A stretch of DNA of 64,000 nucleotides, from the NCBI GenBank assembly GCA_963748075.1, contig CAVVHQ010000044.1, positions 14,631 to 78,630 of the forward strand, written 5' to 3'. Below are positions 46,085 through 54,849 of the stretch, piece after piece. The DNA comes from an uncultured Solirubrobacterales bacterium. Its GTDB lineage: Bacteria > Actinomycetota > Thermoleophilia > Solirubrobacterales > 70-9. Below the pieces are notes generated by a model that saw only the letters and a list, made by a program, of their open reading frames with translations, did no database searches and was not told where the DNA came from. The translations under genes and the position numbers were made by a program. The number at the start of each line of letters is the position of its first letter. Position 1 is the stretch's first letter.

Positions 46085-47088
46085 TACCAAGCCTGCTCGA
46101 TCAGCCCCTCGAGGTCGGAGCGGGTGGGGGGTTCCGGGGTGAAAGCCAGCTCCGGCCGCAACAGCATCGACTCGAGGGCTTGGTCCAGCTTGCCGCGGTC
46201 GGCGCCGAGGTCGCCGAGGGCGGTCGGGTTGCCGCCGAGGGCGAGGAGTCGCGCTTCTATCTCTTCGGGGTCGGTGGAGAGGGATTCGGCGAGGGACGCA
46301 AGTCGATCTGGGGCCCGGGGGGCCAGGAAGGACATCGATCGGGGGAGGATCGCGGCGTTGGTCTCGGCGTGCGGCGTGCCGCAGATGCGGACCAGGGTCT
46401 GGCAGATCACGTGGTGCGCGCCGAACAGGGCGGAGTCGATCGCGTACCCGCAGAGGAGGGAGCCCTGGGCGAGGGCGGCGCGGTTGCGCACGGCGCGGTC
46501 TTCGTCGAGGGAGGTCGCGATCAGCTCGGCGCCGCGCAGCGCGGTCATCTGGGAGACCGGGTTGGCGAAGGGGGTGTGGAGGGAGTCGGCGCCGTGAGCG
46601 AGGCTGTTCATCGCGCTGGCCCGCAGCGCCCGCTCGGCCAGGCCGGTCATCGCCTCCGGATCGGCGATCGCCAGCTCCGGGCGCACCATCGCCCGGACCC
46701 GGTCCTCGGCGCCGGCCGGCAGGCGGTGGATCGCGGTCATCTCCGCGCCCGAGAGGGTGGTCGGGATCGCCGCGACGCGAGCGCCGCTCACCGAGGCGAC
46801 CGCCTTCGCGGTGTCGATCGCACGGCCGCCCCCGAGGGCGACGAGGCGCTCCGTGCCGACCCGGTCGAGCAGGCCGGCGGCGAGCTCAGGCACCGGGCCG
46901 CTGCCGACCGCATGGACCGCGTCGGCCGCCGCCTCCAGCTCGGGCGCGCCGAGCAGGGCGCGCGGCGTGGTCAGCAGCTCGAAGCCGGCGAAGCCGTGCT
47001 CGCCCAGCAGCTTCGGCGCCTGCTCGACCCCACCGACCCGCTGGACGACGACTCGCCCGGCATCCCTCCAGACGAAGTTCCCATTCAC
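46084..47088 (-). CDS. Iron-containing alcohol dehydrogenase family protein, maleylacetate reductase-like
   Basis: 334 aa from GTG 47088, which forms a GTGA overlap with the upstream dioxygenase gene. Motifs seen are LVALGGGRAIDTAKAV and AMNSLAHGADSL. Confidence 0.7.
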   Translation of the reverse strand: MNGNFVWRDAGRVVVQRVGGVEQAPKLLGEHGFAGFELLTTPRALLGAPELEAAADAVHAVGSGPVPELAAGLLDRVGTERLVALGGGRAIDTAKAVASVSGARVAAIPTTLSGAEMTAIHRLPAGAEDRVRAMVRPELAIADPEAMTGLAERALRASAMNSLAHGADSLHTPFANPVSQMTALRGAELIATSLDEDRAVRNRAALAQGSLLCGYAIDSALFGAHHVICQTLVRICGTPHAETNAAILPRSMSFLAPRAPDRLASLAESLSTDPEEIEARLLALGGNPTALGDLGADRGKLDQALESMLLRPELAFTPEPPTRSDLEGLIEQAW

Positions 47089-48020
47089 CCGGTCCGGGTG
47101 TCGCGTGGGTTGGCGACCGGGCGGAGCTGCGGCTCGACCTCGGCGCGCAGGTGCTCGAAGTCGGGCGGCAGGGAGAGCTTCTCGCCGAGGTGCTCGAGCG
47201 GCTCGTCGACCGTGAACCCCGGCCCGAGCGTGGCGATCTCGAAGAGCACGCCGCTCGGCTCGCGGAAGTAGATCGAGCGGAAGTAGAAGCGATCGATCAC
47301 CGGGGTCGGCTGGGCGCCGGCCGAGATCGCCCGCTCCCGCCACCGCTCGTGCTCCTCGATCGTCGAGGCCCAGGCGACGTGGTGGATGCTGCCGGCGCCC
47401 TGCAGCGGCCGCTCGGCGGGTGGCTCGTCGTAGAGGTAGAAGCCGCCGCGCCGCTGGCCACGGGCCTCCCAACCGTCCCCGGAGCGCTCGAACTCGAGCG
47501 CCTCGAGCAGGCGCCGGCTCGCCTCGGGGGCGCCGCCGTAGGCGCGCACGGCGTGGAAACCCTGCAGGGCCAGCTCGGCCGGCACCTCGGGGTGGTCGGC
47601 GATCAACGGCTCGTCGTCGACCGCGGACACCAGCAGCTCCTGCTCGAGCCCCTCCGGGTCGGAGAAGCGCAGGCTCTCCCCCGCCCGCTGCGTGTCGATG
47701 CCGCAGGCGCCGAGCCGCTCCGCCCAGAAGTCGAGCGAGTCGGTCGAGCCGACCCGCCAGACGATCCGGTGCACGTCGCCGGCGCCGGCCCGCCCGGGCG
47801 GCACGCCCGGGAACTCGAAGAAGGTCAGGTCGGAGCCGGCGCTGCCCCGCTGATCGGCGAAGAAGAGGTGATAGACGGTGGGGTTGTCCTGGTTGACCGT
47901 CTTCTTCACCAGGCGGAGGCCCAGCACCCCGGCGTAGAAGTCGACGTTCGCCTGCGCGTCGGCGGTGATCGCCGTAATGTGGTGGATGCCCTCCAGCTTC
48001 ATCGATTCCACGTATAGCAT
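47085..48020 (-). CDS. Ring-cleaving dioxygenase of the VOC (glyoxalase/extradiol) superfamily, hydroquinone-type
   Basis: 311 aa. IHHITAIT...NVDFYAGVLGLRLVKKTVN plus a second VOC module (IHHVAWAS...YFREPSGVLFEIAT). An alternative start lies at 48002. Confidence 0.7.
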   Translation of the reverse strand: MLYVESMKLEGIHHITAITADAQANVDFYAGVLGLRLVKKTVNQDNPTVYHLFFADQRGSAGSDLTFFEFPGVPPGRAGAGDVHRIVWRVGSTDSLDFWAERLGACGIDTQRAGESLRFSDPEGLEQELLVSAVDDEPLIADHPEVPAELALQGFHAVRAYGGAPEASRRLLEALEFERSGDGWEARGQRRGGFYLYDEPPAERPLQGAGSIHHVAWASTIEEHERWRERAISAGAQPTPVIDRFYFRSIYFREPSGVLFEIATLGPGFTVDEPLEHLGEKLSLPPDFEHLRAEVEPQLRPVANPRDTRTG

Positions 48021-48028
48021 TCCCGGGG

Positions 48029-49399
48029 ATGAGCCGCGCCCGGCGACGCACGGTCAAAGCCCTGGTGGTGCTCGGCTCGGTCCTGGTCTTCCTCAGCGTC
48101 TTCGCGATCTGGATCGAGCGCCAGGCGCTCAACACGAACGACTGGGTCGACACCAGCGGGCGCTTGATCCAGAACGAAGAGATCCGCGCCGCGGTCGGCG
48201 AATACCTGGTCGAACAGCTCTACGACAACGTCGACGTCGAAAAGGAACTGGAAGGCATCCTGCCAGGGGAAACCAAGGAGCTGGCCGGGCCGGTGTCGGG
48301 CGGGCTGCGCCAGGTCGCCGGCAGCGGCGCCGAAGAGGTGCTGAAGACTTCGGCCGCGCAGGAACTGTGGAAGGACGCCAACCGGGCCGCGCACGAACAG
48401 CTGCTGGCGGTGCTGGAAAACAAGAAAGAAGCGGTCTCGACCGCGAACGGCGAGGTGACCCTCAACCTGGGGAGCCTGGTCACCAACCTCGCCGAGCAGG
48501 TGGGGATCGGGGTGCAGCTGGCCGAAAAGCTGCCACCCGATGCCGGCCAGGTGACGATCCTCCGCTCCGACCAGCTGAAGACCGCGCAGGACATCGTCGT
48601 CGGCATCAAAGGCCTCGCCCTGGTGCTCTCGCTGCTCACCCTGCTCAGCTTCGGCCTGGCGATCTACCTCTCCCGCGACGGTCGCTGGGTGACGGTCCTG
48701 CTCTGCGGCGTCGGCCTGGTCGCCGCCGGCTTCGCCGCGATCGTCTTCCGCCAGGTCGCCGGCGGGATCGTTGTCGACCAGCTGGTCAAGGAAGAAAGCG
48801 TCAAGTCCGCGGCCGAAGCGGCCTGGTCGATCTCCACCTCGCTGATGGTCAGCATCGCGACGACCCTGATCGTCTTCGGCTTCCTTTTCGGGATAGCCGG
48901 CTGGCTGGGCTCGCCGACCGGCTCGGCTCGCTCGACGCGCCGCTTCATGGCGCCTGCCCTGCGCGACTACCCCGTCTACGTCTACACCGGCTGGGTGCTC
49001 GTCGTCTGCATCTACTTCCTCTCCTCGTCGATCCAGAACCTGCGCTCCTTCCTCACCACCCTGATCGCCGCCGGCTTCGTCGCCGTCGGCATCCACGAGC
49101 TGCGCAAACAGAGCAACGAGGAATTCCCCGACGTGCAGTTCGCCGACTACTTCGGCGGCGCCAAGGCGCGCGTCGCCGACGCCGTGAAGAGCGCCAACAT
49201 CGGCGATCGGGCCTCGAAACTGCGCCTGCCGGAGATGCGCAAGCCGGCTGCCGGCCGGCCCTCAGAGAGCGCCGGGGACGAGGAGGACAACCGCCTGCGC
49301 CGCCTCGAGCGCCTCGCCGAACTGCGCGACAAGGGCGTGCTCAGCGAGGAGGAGTTCGCCGCGGAGAAGGCCCGGATGCTGGGCGGCGAGGCGCCGTGA
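48029..49399 (+). CDS. Integral membrane protein with a C-terminal SHOCT domain
   Basis: 456 aa with an N-terminal TM helix, a helical ectodomain and a TM bundle. The C-terminal LERLAELRDKGVLSEEEFAAEKARML is a SHOCT motif. Confidence 0.65.
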   Translation: MSRARRRTVKALVVLGSVLVFLSVFAIWIERQALNTNDWVDTSGRLIQNEEIRAAVGEYLVEQLYDNVDVEKELEGILPGETKELAGPVSGGLRQVAGSGAEEVLKTSAAQELWKDANRAAHEQLLAVLENKKEAVSTANGEVTLNLGSLVTNLAEQVGIGVQLAEKLPPDAGQVTILRSDQLKTAQDIVVGIKGLALVLSLLTLLSFGLAIYLSRDGRWVTVLLCGVGLVAAGFAAIVFRQVAGGIVVDQLVKEESVKSAAEAAWSISTSLMVSIATTLIVFGFLFGIAGWLGSPTGSARSTRRFMAPALRDYPVYVYTGWVLVVCIYFLSSSIQNLRSFLTTLIAAGFVAVGIHELRKQSNEEFPDVQFADYFGGAKARVADAVKSANIGDRASKLRLPEMRKPAAGRPSESAGDEEDNRLRRLERLAELRDKGVLSEEEFAAEKARMLGGEAP

Positions 49400-49405
49400 C
49401 GCTAG

Positions 49406-49478
49406 AGCCCGCCCCCGGACTTGAACCGGGACAACCTTCCTTACAAGGGAAGCGCTCTGCCAATTGAGCTAGGCGGGC
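49406..49478 (-). tRNA. tRNA-Thr (anticodon TGT)
   Basis: The 73-nt cloverleaf was read by hand. Acceptor GCCCGCC/GGCGGGC, D arm GCTC-AATTGGCA-GAGC, anticodon arm CTTCC-CTTGTAA-GGAAG. Variable loop GTTGT, T arm CCCGG-TTCAAGT-CCGGG, discriminator T. CCA is not encoded. Confidence 0.9.
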
Positions 49479-49499
49479 GCGGTGCTGAATATAGAGAGC

Positions 49500-50510
49500 A
49501 TGACCGATGGCTCCGACACGGGTGAGGTCTCTTTCCGGTACCTATTACCCAGCGAGGGGCACCTGGTTAGCGAGGCGATCCGGATCGCCTACGGGGACAG
49601 CTACGACGTTCGCTGGGTCTACGACCCCGACGAGGTCTCGGCGCGGCTCGCGGCGGGGACCTACGTCTCCTTCGTCGCCGAGTCGGCGGCGGGGGAGCTG
49701 CTCTGCCACGAGGGGATGAGCCTCGCGGCCGCCGGCGACGCGGTCGGGCACTCCGGGCAGGCGGTGACGATGCCGGCCGCCCGCGGCCGGCACATCTTCA
49801 CCCGCACCAAGCGTCACCTGATGGACTGGGCGGCGCAGCGCGGCCTTGCCGGGATGTACAGCGAGGCGACCGCCGCCCACCCCTACAGCGAGCGGGCCAA
49901 CCTCGAGCTGGGCGCGCACGAGACGGGCTTCCTGCTCGGCTGGATCCCGGCCTCGGTCTCGAACGACGCGGCCGCCGAGCGGCGGCCCCGCCGCCAGTCC
50001 GCCGCCCTCTTCTACGCGAAGCTGAACGATCGGCAGGAGTGCGAGGTCTACGCCCCCGAGCGCCACCGCGAGATCGTCCACCGGACGTTGGAGCTGTGCG
50101 AGCTGCGCGGCACGCTGGCCGATCCGCCCGCCGACGCGAGGCTGCCGGCGCGGACCGAGCTGCACGTCGAGATCGACACCGACCACAACCTCGCGCTGAT
50201 CACCGCGCACGCGCCCGGGGCCGACCTCGAGACCGCCGTGGCCGCCGAGCGCCACCATCTCTTCCATCGCATGAACCTCGACGCCGTCTACCTCGACCTC
50301 CCCCTGGAGAACCCGGCGATCGCCCTACTCGCCGACCACCTCGAGCGCCTCGGCGTCTCCTACGCCGGCGTCTTCCCCAACAACCGCGCCGCAGGCGACG
50401 TCCTGCGCATGCAGTCCCTGCATCGAGCCCGCATCACCGCCGACGACATAGCCGTCGCCTCCGACCACGGCCGCGAGCTGCTCGACTACGTGCTCGGCGA
50501 TCTGCGCTGA
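49500..50510 (+). CDS. GNAT-family N-acetyltransferase with a C-terminal extension
   Basis: The acetyl-CoA-binding context is AVTMPAARGRHIFTRTKRHLMDWA. The ORF opens at GTG 49482, only 4 nt from the tRNA, so ATG 49500 is the more likely start. Confidence 0.55.
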   Translation: MTDGSDTGEVSFRYLLPSEGHLVSEAIRIAYGDSYDVRWVYDPDEVSARLAAGTYVSFVAESAAGELLCHEGMSLAAAGDAVGHSGQAVTMPAARGRHIFTRTKRHLMDWAAQRGLAGMYSEATAAHPYSERANLELGAHETGFLLGWIPASVSNDAAAERRPRRQSAALFYAKLNDRQECEVYAPERHREIVHRTLELCELRGTLADPPADARLPARTELHVEIDTDHNLALITAHAPGADLETAVAAERHHLFHRMNLDAVYLDLPLENPAIALLADHLERLGVSYAGVFPNNRAAGDVLRMQSLHRARITADDIAVASDHGRELLDYVLGDLR

Positions 50511-50649
50511 TGTCACACCTGATTGCGCCGATCCGTCCAATCCGGGTGAAGGTGCGAACGAAATGGCTCGAACGCGTCGGCCTGGCGCTTTCCTCTCGCA
50601 TAGCGAGAACAAGGCGCCACGCAGCCGGCGAAGGCGGAGGTGATGGCTC

Positions 50650-51429
50650 TTGAGGGTTGCGGTGATTGGCGGAACCGGGGTGCTTGGGAGGTCGGTCGTG
50701 ACCGAGCTGACGGCGCGAGGCGACGAGGTGCGGGTGCTGAGCCGCTCGCCGGGTGCGGCGCTCCCCGACGGGATCCTTCACCGGCGCGCCGACCTCGCCA
50801 CCGGCGAGGGGCTGGGCGAGGGGCTGAACGGGGTCGAGGTCGTGGTCGACGCCTCGAATGCGCTCAAGGAGGCGCAGGAGGTGCTGGTCGAGGGCTCGCG
50901 CCGGCTGCTGCTTGCCGAGCGGGAAGCGGGCGTGGGGCACCATGTAACCGTGTCGATCGTCGGTTGCGACCGGGTGCCGATGGCCTACTACCGGGCCAAG
51001 GTCGCCCAGGAGAGGGTGGTCGAGTCGGGGCCCGTTCCGTGGAGCCTGCTGCGCGCGACGCAGTTCCACTCGCTGCTCGACTGGGCGTTCGAAAGGGTCG
51101 CCCGGTTTCGCGTCCTCCCCACCGGCGCCGCCCGATTGCAGCCGGTCGAGTCCGCGATCGTCGCCACCCGCCTCGCCGACGCGGCGCACGGGGGCCCGAG
51201 CGGTCGCCTGCCCGACGTCGCGGGTCCCGAGGTGCGGGCCCTGACCGAGCTGGCCAGGGCCTGGCGGCGCGCCCGCGGACGCAGACTGCTGCCGTTGCGC
51301 ATCCCGATGGTCGGCAAGGTCGGCCGCGCGGTCCGCGACGGCGGGCTGTGCGAGCCGGACGCGGCGGTGGACGGCCTCACGTTCGGGGAGTGGCTCGCGG
51401 CCCGACACGTCCCGGCGCCAGGCCGGTGA
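50650..51429 (+). CDS. NAD(P)H-binding NmrA/SDR-like protein
   Basis: 259 aa with a TTG start. The Rossmann N-terminus reads MRVAVIGGTGVLGRSVVTEL. Confidence 0.7.
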   Translation: MRVAVIGGTGVLGRSVVTELTARGDEVRVLSRSPGAALPDGILHRRADLATGEGLGEGLNGVEVVVDASNALKEAQEVLVEGSRRLLLAEREAGVGHHVTVSIVGCDRVPMAYYRAKVAQERVVESGPVPWSLLRATQFHSLLDWAFERVARFRVLPTGAARLQPVESAIVATRLADAAHGGPSGRLPDVAGPEVRALTELARAWRRARGRRLLPLRIPMVGKVGRAVRDGGLCEPDAAVDGLTFGEWLAARHVPAPGR

Positions 51430-51845
51430 GATCGCCCGTGAGCGCCCGGGCGGCGCTGGCGATCCTCTGCCTGGCCGCGGCTTCGATCGGCATCCCCGCC
51501 ACGTTGGCCCCGCACACCTTCTACGCGGACTTCCCCTTCTACGCCCACTGGGTCGAGCTGCTCCCTCCCTACAACGAGCACCTCGTCACCGACGTCGGTG
51601 GCCTCTATCTCGGCTTCGCCGTCCTCTTCGCCTGGGCGACCTGGACCGTGCAGCCGACCCTCGTCCGCGCCGCATCGACGGCCTGGCTGCTCACCGCCGC
51701 CATCCACCTCGCCTTCCACGCCACCCACCTCGACGACTTCGGCGCCGCCGACGCGATCGGCGAGCTGACCTCCCTCGCCGTGCTGCTGGCGCCACCGGCG
51801 GTGGCGATCTGGGCCGTCGGCGAGCCGGCGAGGGGTCTGGACTAG
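51426..51845 (+). CDS. Small integral membrane protein
   Basis: 139 aa from GTG 51426, which forms a GTGA overlap with the upstream gene. It has four hydrophobic helices. Confidence 0.5.
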   Translation: MRSPVSARAALAILCLAAASIGIPATLAPHTFYADFPFYAHWVELLPPYNEHLVTDVGGLYLGFAVLFAWATWTVQPTLVRAASTAWLLTAAIHLAFHATHLDDFGAADAIGELTSLAVLLAPPAVAIWAVGEPARGLD

Positions 51846-52549
51846 AGCGGCACCTCGCGGGAGTCCAGGTGGGCGGCCACCTTGCGCTTGACTCGCTGCA
51901 GGGCGTTGTCGACCGTCTTCGTGTCGCACTCGAGCCGCTCCGCCGTCGCCTCGTACGAATGGCCGTCGAGGTAGAGGGAGAGGACGCGGCTCTCCAGGTC
52001 CGAGAGGACGCCGGTGGTGCCCGCAAGGCAGGAGACGAGGCTCTCCAGCTCCTCGCTGGCGATCACCTGGTTGACCGGGTCGGAGACCGAGGGCCCCGGG
52101 AGGATCTCGTCGAGGGTGGTGTCAGAGTCGCCCGGCGCGGCCGGCGTCTGGCTGAACGAGACGTACTGGTTGAGCGGCGTGTGCTTGTTGCGGGTCGCCG
52201 TCTTCACCGCGGTGATGATCTGGCGGGTTATGCAGAGCTCGGCGAAGCTGCGAAAGCTCGACTCGCGGTCGCTGCGGTAGTCGCGAATCGCCTTGTAGAG
52301 GCCGAGCAGGCCTTCCTGGATCAGGTCGTCGCTCTCCCCGCCGAGCAGGAAGTAGGACGAGGCCTTCAGCCGGACGAAGCCCCGGTAGCGACGGATGATC
52401 GCTTCGTGGGCATCGGTCCGCCCCTGCTTGGCGAGGGAGACCAGGTAGTGGTCATCAGGCTCAGGTTGAGAGTTAAGATTGTTGCGGGCCGAACCGTTGA
52501 GGCGTCCGGCGGGGAGTCGCAACTCCTGCGTAGGCGTCGATAGAGCCAC
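51842..52549 (-). CDS. sigH: Sigma-H (Spo0H-type) RNA polymerase sigma factor
   Basis: 235 aa. SYFLLGGESDDLIQEGLLGLYKAIRDY, FRSFAELCITRQIITAVKTATRNKHTPLN, LSLYLDGHSYEA and DNALQRVKRK align almost residue for residue with the B. subtilis SigH sequence as I remember it. It sits after cysS-rlmB, as in Bacillus. Confidence 0.85.
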   Translation of the reverse strand: MALSTPTQELRLPAGRLNGSARNNLNSQPEPDDHYLVSLAKQGRTDAHEAIIRRYRGFVRLKASSYFLLGGESDDLIQEGLLGLYKAIRDYRSDRESSFRSFAELCITRQIITAVKTATRNKHTPLNQYVSFSQTPAAPGDSDTTLDEILPGPSVSDPVNQVIASEELESLVSCLAGTTGVLSDLESRVLSLYLDGHSYEATAERLECDTKTVDNALQRVKRKVAAHLDSREVPL

Positions 52550-52663
52550 AGATCCTTCTCCTTTGGAACGAAGGGTCGTGGCGCCGCTTACCTCCCCCGA
52601 GGCGCCCTTCTTTTTGATCGGGATACCTCAGACTCAAGCTGAGGTTCACCCTTTCGGCCGCAA

Positions 52664-52691
52664 GTCTTACCTCCGGGCGGAGTTCTGTCAA
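52664..52691 (-). promoter_or_regulatory. Candidate sigma-70-type promoter for sigH
   Basis: On the minus strand TTGACA (52691-52686), 16-17 nt, then TAAGACT. This leaves a structured leader of about 110 nt that ends in AAGGAGAAGG before the GTG start. Confidence 0.35.
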
Positions 52692-52739
52692 CCCCGAACT
52701 GAGGTTCGTGCAACCGCCGTTGCAGTTGCTAAGCGTGCC

Positions 52740-53390
52740 CTATCGGCGGCGGACGGCCTCGAAGAGCAGCGCGGTCGCCGCCGCGGAGACGTTCAGCGAC
52801 TCGACCTCGCCCCGTCGCGGCAGCGCGACCAGGCCGTCGCAGGCCGAGGCGACGCGGGGCCGGATGCCTTTCCCCTCGCCGCCGAGGACGAGGACGATCG
52901 GGCCGCTCAAGTCGACCTCCCACGGCGCCTGCATCGCCGCGACGTCGGCGCCCCAGATCCAGAAGCCGGCCGCCTTGGCCTCGCCGAGCCAGTCGGCGAG
53001 GTTGCGCACCCGGGCCACCTCGAGATGCTCGACGGCCCCTGCCGACGCCTTGCAGGCAACCGCGGTCACCGTGGCCGAGCGACGCTCGGGGATGACGACG
53101 GCGGCGGCGCCGGCGAACTCGGCGGAGCGGCAGATCGCGCCGAGGTTGCGCGGATCCTGGACCTGGTCGAGCGCGACGATCAGCGCGTTCTCCCCGTCCA
53201 GCAGCGCATCGGGATCCGCATAGGGATATGGATCGGCCTCGGCCACCACCCCCTGGTGGTCCGGCGACCCGCAGAGCCGCTCCAGCTCTTCGGCCGGCGT
53301 ATCGGGGACGCGCCAGATCCGCTGGACGCGGCGCTTCCCCCGCTCCGCCTCCTCGACCGGGCGGCGTCCGTAGATCTTCTGACTCGCCAT
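52740..53390 (-). CDS. rlmB: TrmH/SpoU-family 23S rRNA 2'-O-methyltransferase (RlmB-like)
   Basis: 216 aa with SpoU motifs DQVQDPRNLGAICRSA, LVLGGEGKG and ESLNVSAA. Confidence 0.8.
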   Translation of the reverse strand: MASQKIYGRRPVEEAERGKRRVQRIWRVPDTPAEELERLCGSPDHQGVVAEADPYPYADPDALLDGENALIVALDQVQDPRNLGAICRSAEFAGAAAVVIPERRSATVTAVACKASAGAVEHLEVARVRNLADWLGEAKAAGFWIWGADVAAMQAPWEVDLSGPIVLVLGGEGKGIRPRVASACDGLVALPRRGEVESLNVSAAATALLFEAVRRR

Positions 53391-54805
53391 CAGCCCCTGG
53401 GAACCAGCTTGGCTCCGTCGGGCGAGTCCCTGACCTCCCAGCCGAGATCGGCAAGCCGCTCGCGGATCTCGTCGGCGCGGGCGAAGTCCTTGGCGGCGCG
53501 AGCCTCCTGTCGCTCGGCCAGGAGCGCCGCCGCCTCGGCCCCGGCCCCCTGCTCTGCCGCCGCAAGCGACTCGAGCCCGAGCAGCTCCAACATCTCAAGC
53601 AGCGCTTCGGGCGCTCCCGGTACGTCTTCCCTATTCGCTTCGGCCACCAGCTCAAAAGCCTCGGCCATCGCCCGCGGCGTGTTGAAGTCGTCGGCAAGAG
53701 CCTCGCGAAACGCCTCGATCCGAGAGCCGGGGGGTCCTCCGATGGGAACTTGTGAGCCGGCGAGGCCGGAACCCGCGCCCGACGACTCGACGCGGGTTCC
53801 CAGCGGGGGACCCCCCGGCTCTCCCACCGGGTGCTCCCGAAAGAAGTTCCGCAACCGCTCGACCCGCGCGACCGCCTGCTCCATCCGCTCGGCGCCAAAG
53901 GCGAGCGGATGGCGGTAATGGCCGGAGACCAGGAAGTCGACAACCGCCTCGCGCCCGTAGCGGTCGAGCGCCTCCGAGAGCTGGAAGATGTTCCCCTCCG
54001 ACTTCGACATCTTCGCCGCGTCGGTCTCGATCATCCCGTTGTGCATCCAAGCCCGCGCGAACGGCCGCCCGGCGGCCTCGGACTGGGCGATCTCGTTCTC
54101 GTGATGGGGAAAGACCAGGTCCGACCCCCCGCCATGGATCGCAAACGACGGTCCCAGCTCCTCCTCCGCCATCACCGAGCACTCGATGTGCCAGGCCGGA
54201 CGACCGGGACCCCAGGGCGAGTCCCAGGAAGTGTCCTCGCCCTCCTTGTGCGCTTTCCAGAGCGCGAAGTCGAGCGGATCCTCCTTCAGCGACTCCGACC
54301 CGGCCTCCTCGCCCTGGTCCATGTCCTCCGGCTTGCGGTTTGAGAGCTCCCCGTAGCCGTCGAAGCTCCGTACCCGGAAGTAGACGTCTCCGCCGGACTC
54401 ATAGGCGTGCCCGGACTCGATCAGCTCCGAGGTCAACCCGACGATCCCGTCGATCGTCTCGGTTGCCAGCGGCTCCGCGTCGGGCCGCCCCAAGCCAAGC
54501 CGATCGGTGTCCTCGAAATAGGCCCGGGTCATCCGCTCCGCGAACCCCGCCGAGGGCTCCCCCGCCTCGCGCGCCGCCTCGTAGATCTTGTCGTTGATGT
54601 CGGTGACGTTGATCACCAGCTTCACCCTGTACCCCTCCGTCCTGAGGAAGCGGGCAAGCAGGGAGAAGACGACAAACGGCCTGGCGTTGCCGATGTGGAT
54701 CCGGCTGTAAACGGTCGGCCCGCAGGCATATATCCCCACCTCCTCGTCAGAGGAGAGGGTGCGCAGCTCCCCGCTCAGCGTGTCCCGTATCCGGACCTCC
54801 CGCAT
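53390..54805 (-). CDS. cysS: Cysteine--tRNA ligase
   Basis: 471 aa with HIGN (HIGH) and KMSKS motifs and DDFNTP in the anticodon-binding domain. It contains an insertion of about 33 codons encoded by the palindrome at 53724-53821. Confidence 0.9.
   Translation of the reverse strand: MREVRIRDTLSGELRTLSSDEEVGIYACGPTVYSRIHIGNARPFVVFSLLARFLRTEGYRVKLVINVTDINDKIYEAAREAGEPSAGFAERMTRAYFEDTDRLGLGRPDAEPLATETIDGIVGLTSELIESGHAYESGGDVYFRVRSFDGYGELSNRKPEDMDQGEEAGSESLKEDPLDFALWKAHKEGEDTSWDSPWGPGRPAWHIECSVMAEEELGPSFAIHGGGSDLVFPHHENEIAQSEAAGRPFARAWMHNGMIETDAAKMSKSEGNIFQLSEALDRYGREAVVDFLVSGHYRHPLAFGAERMEQAVARVERLRNFFREHPVGEPGGPPLGTRVESSGAGSGLAGSQVPIGGPPGSRIEAFREALADDFNTPRAMAEAFELVAEANREDVPGAPEALLEMLELLGLESLAAAEQGAGAEAAALLAERQEARAAKDFARADEIRERLADLGWEVRDSPDGAKLVPRG
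53724..53821. repeat. 98-bp nested palindromic element translated in-frame within cysS
   Basis: Outer perfect 14-bp inverted repeat GAGCCGGGGGGTCC / GGACCCCCCGGCTC. Second tier CCGATGGGAAC / GTTCCCAGCGG (10 of 11). Inner hairpin GGAACCCGCG-N13-CGCGGGTTCC. Confidence 0.85.
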
Positions 54806-54849
54806 AGGTGCCGGATGCTAATGGGGAGTCGGGTACCGCTCCCCTCCCC

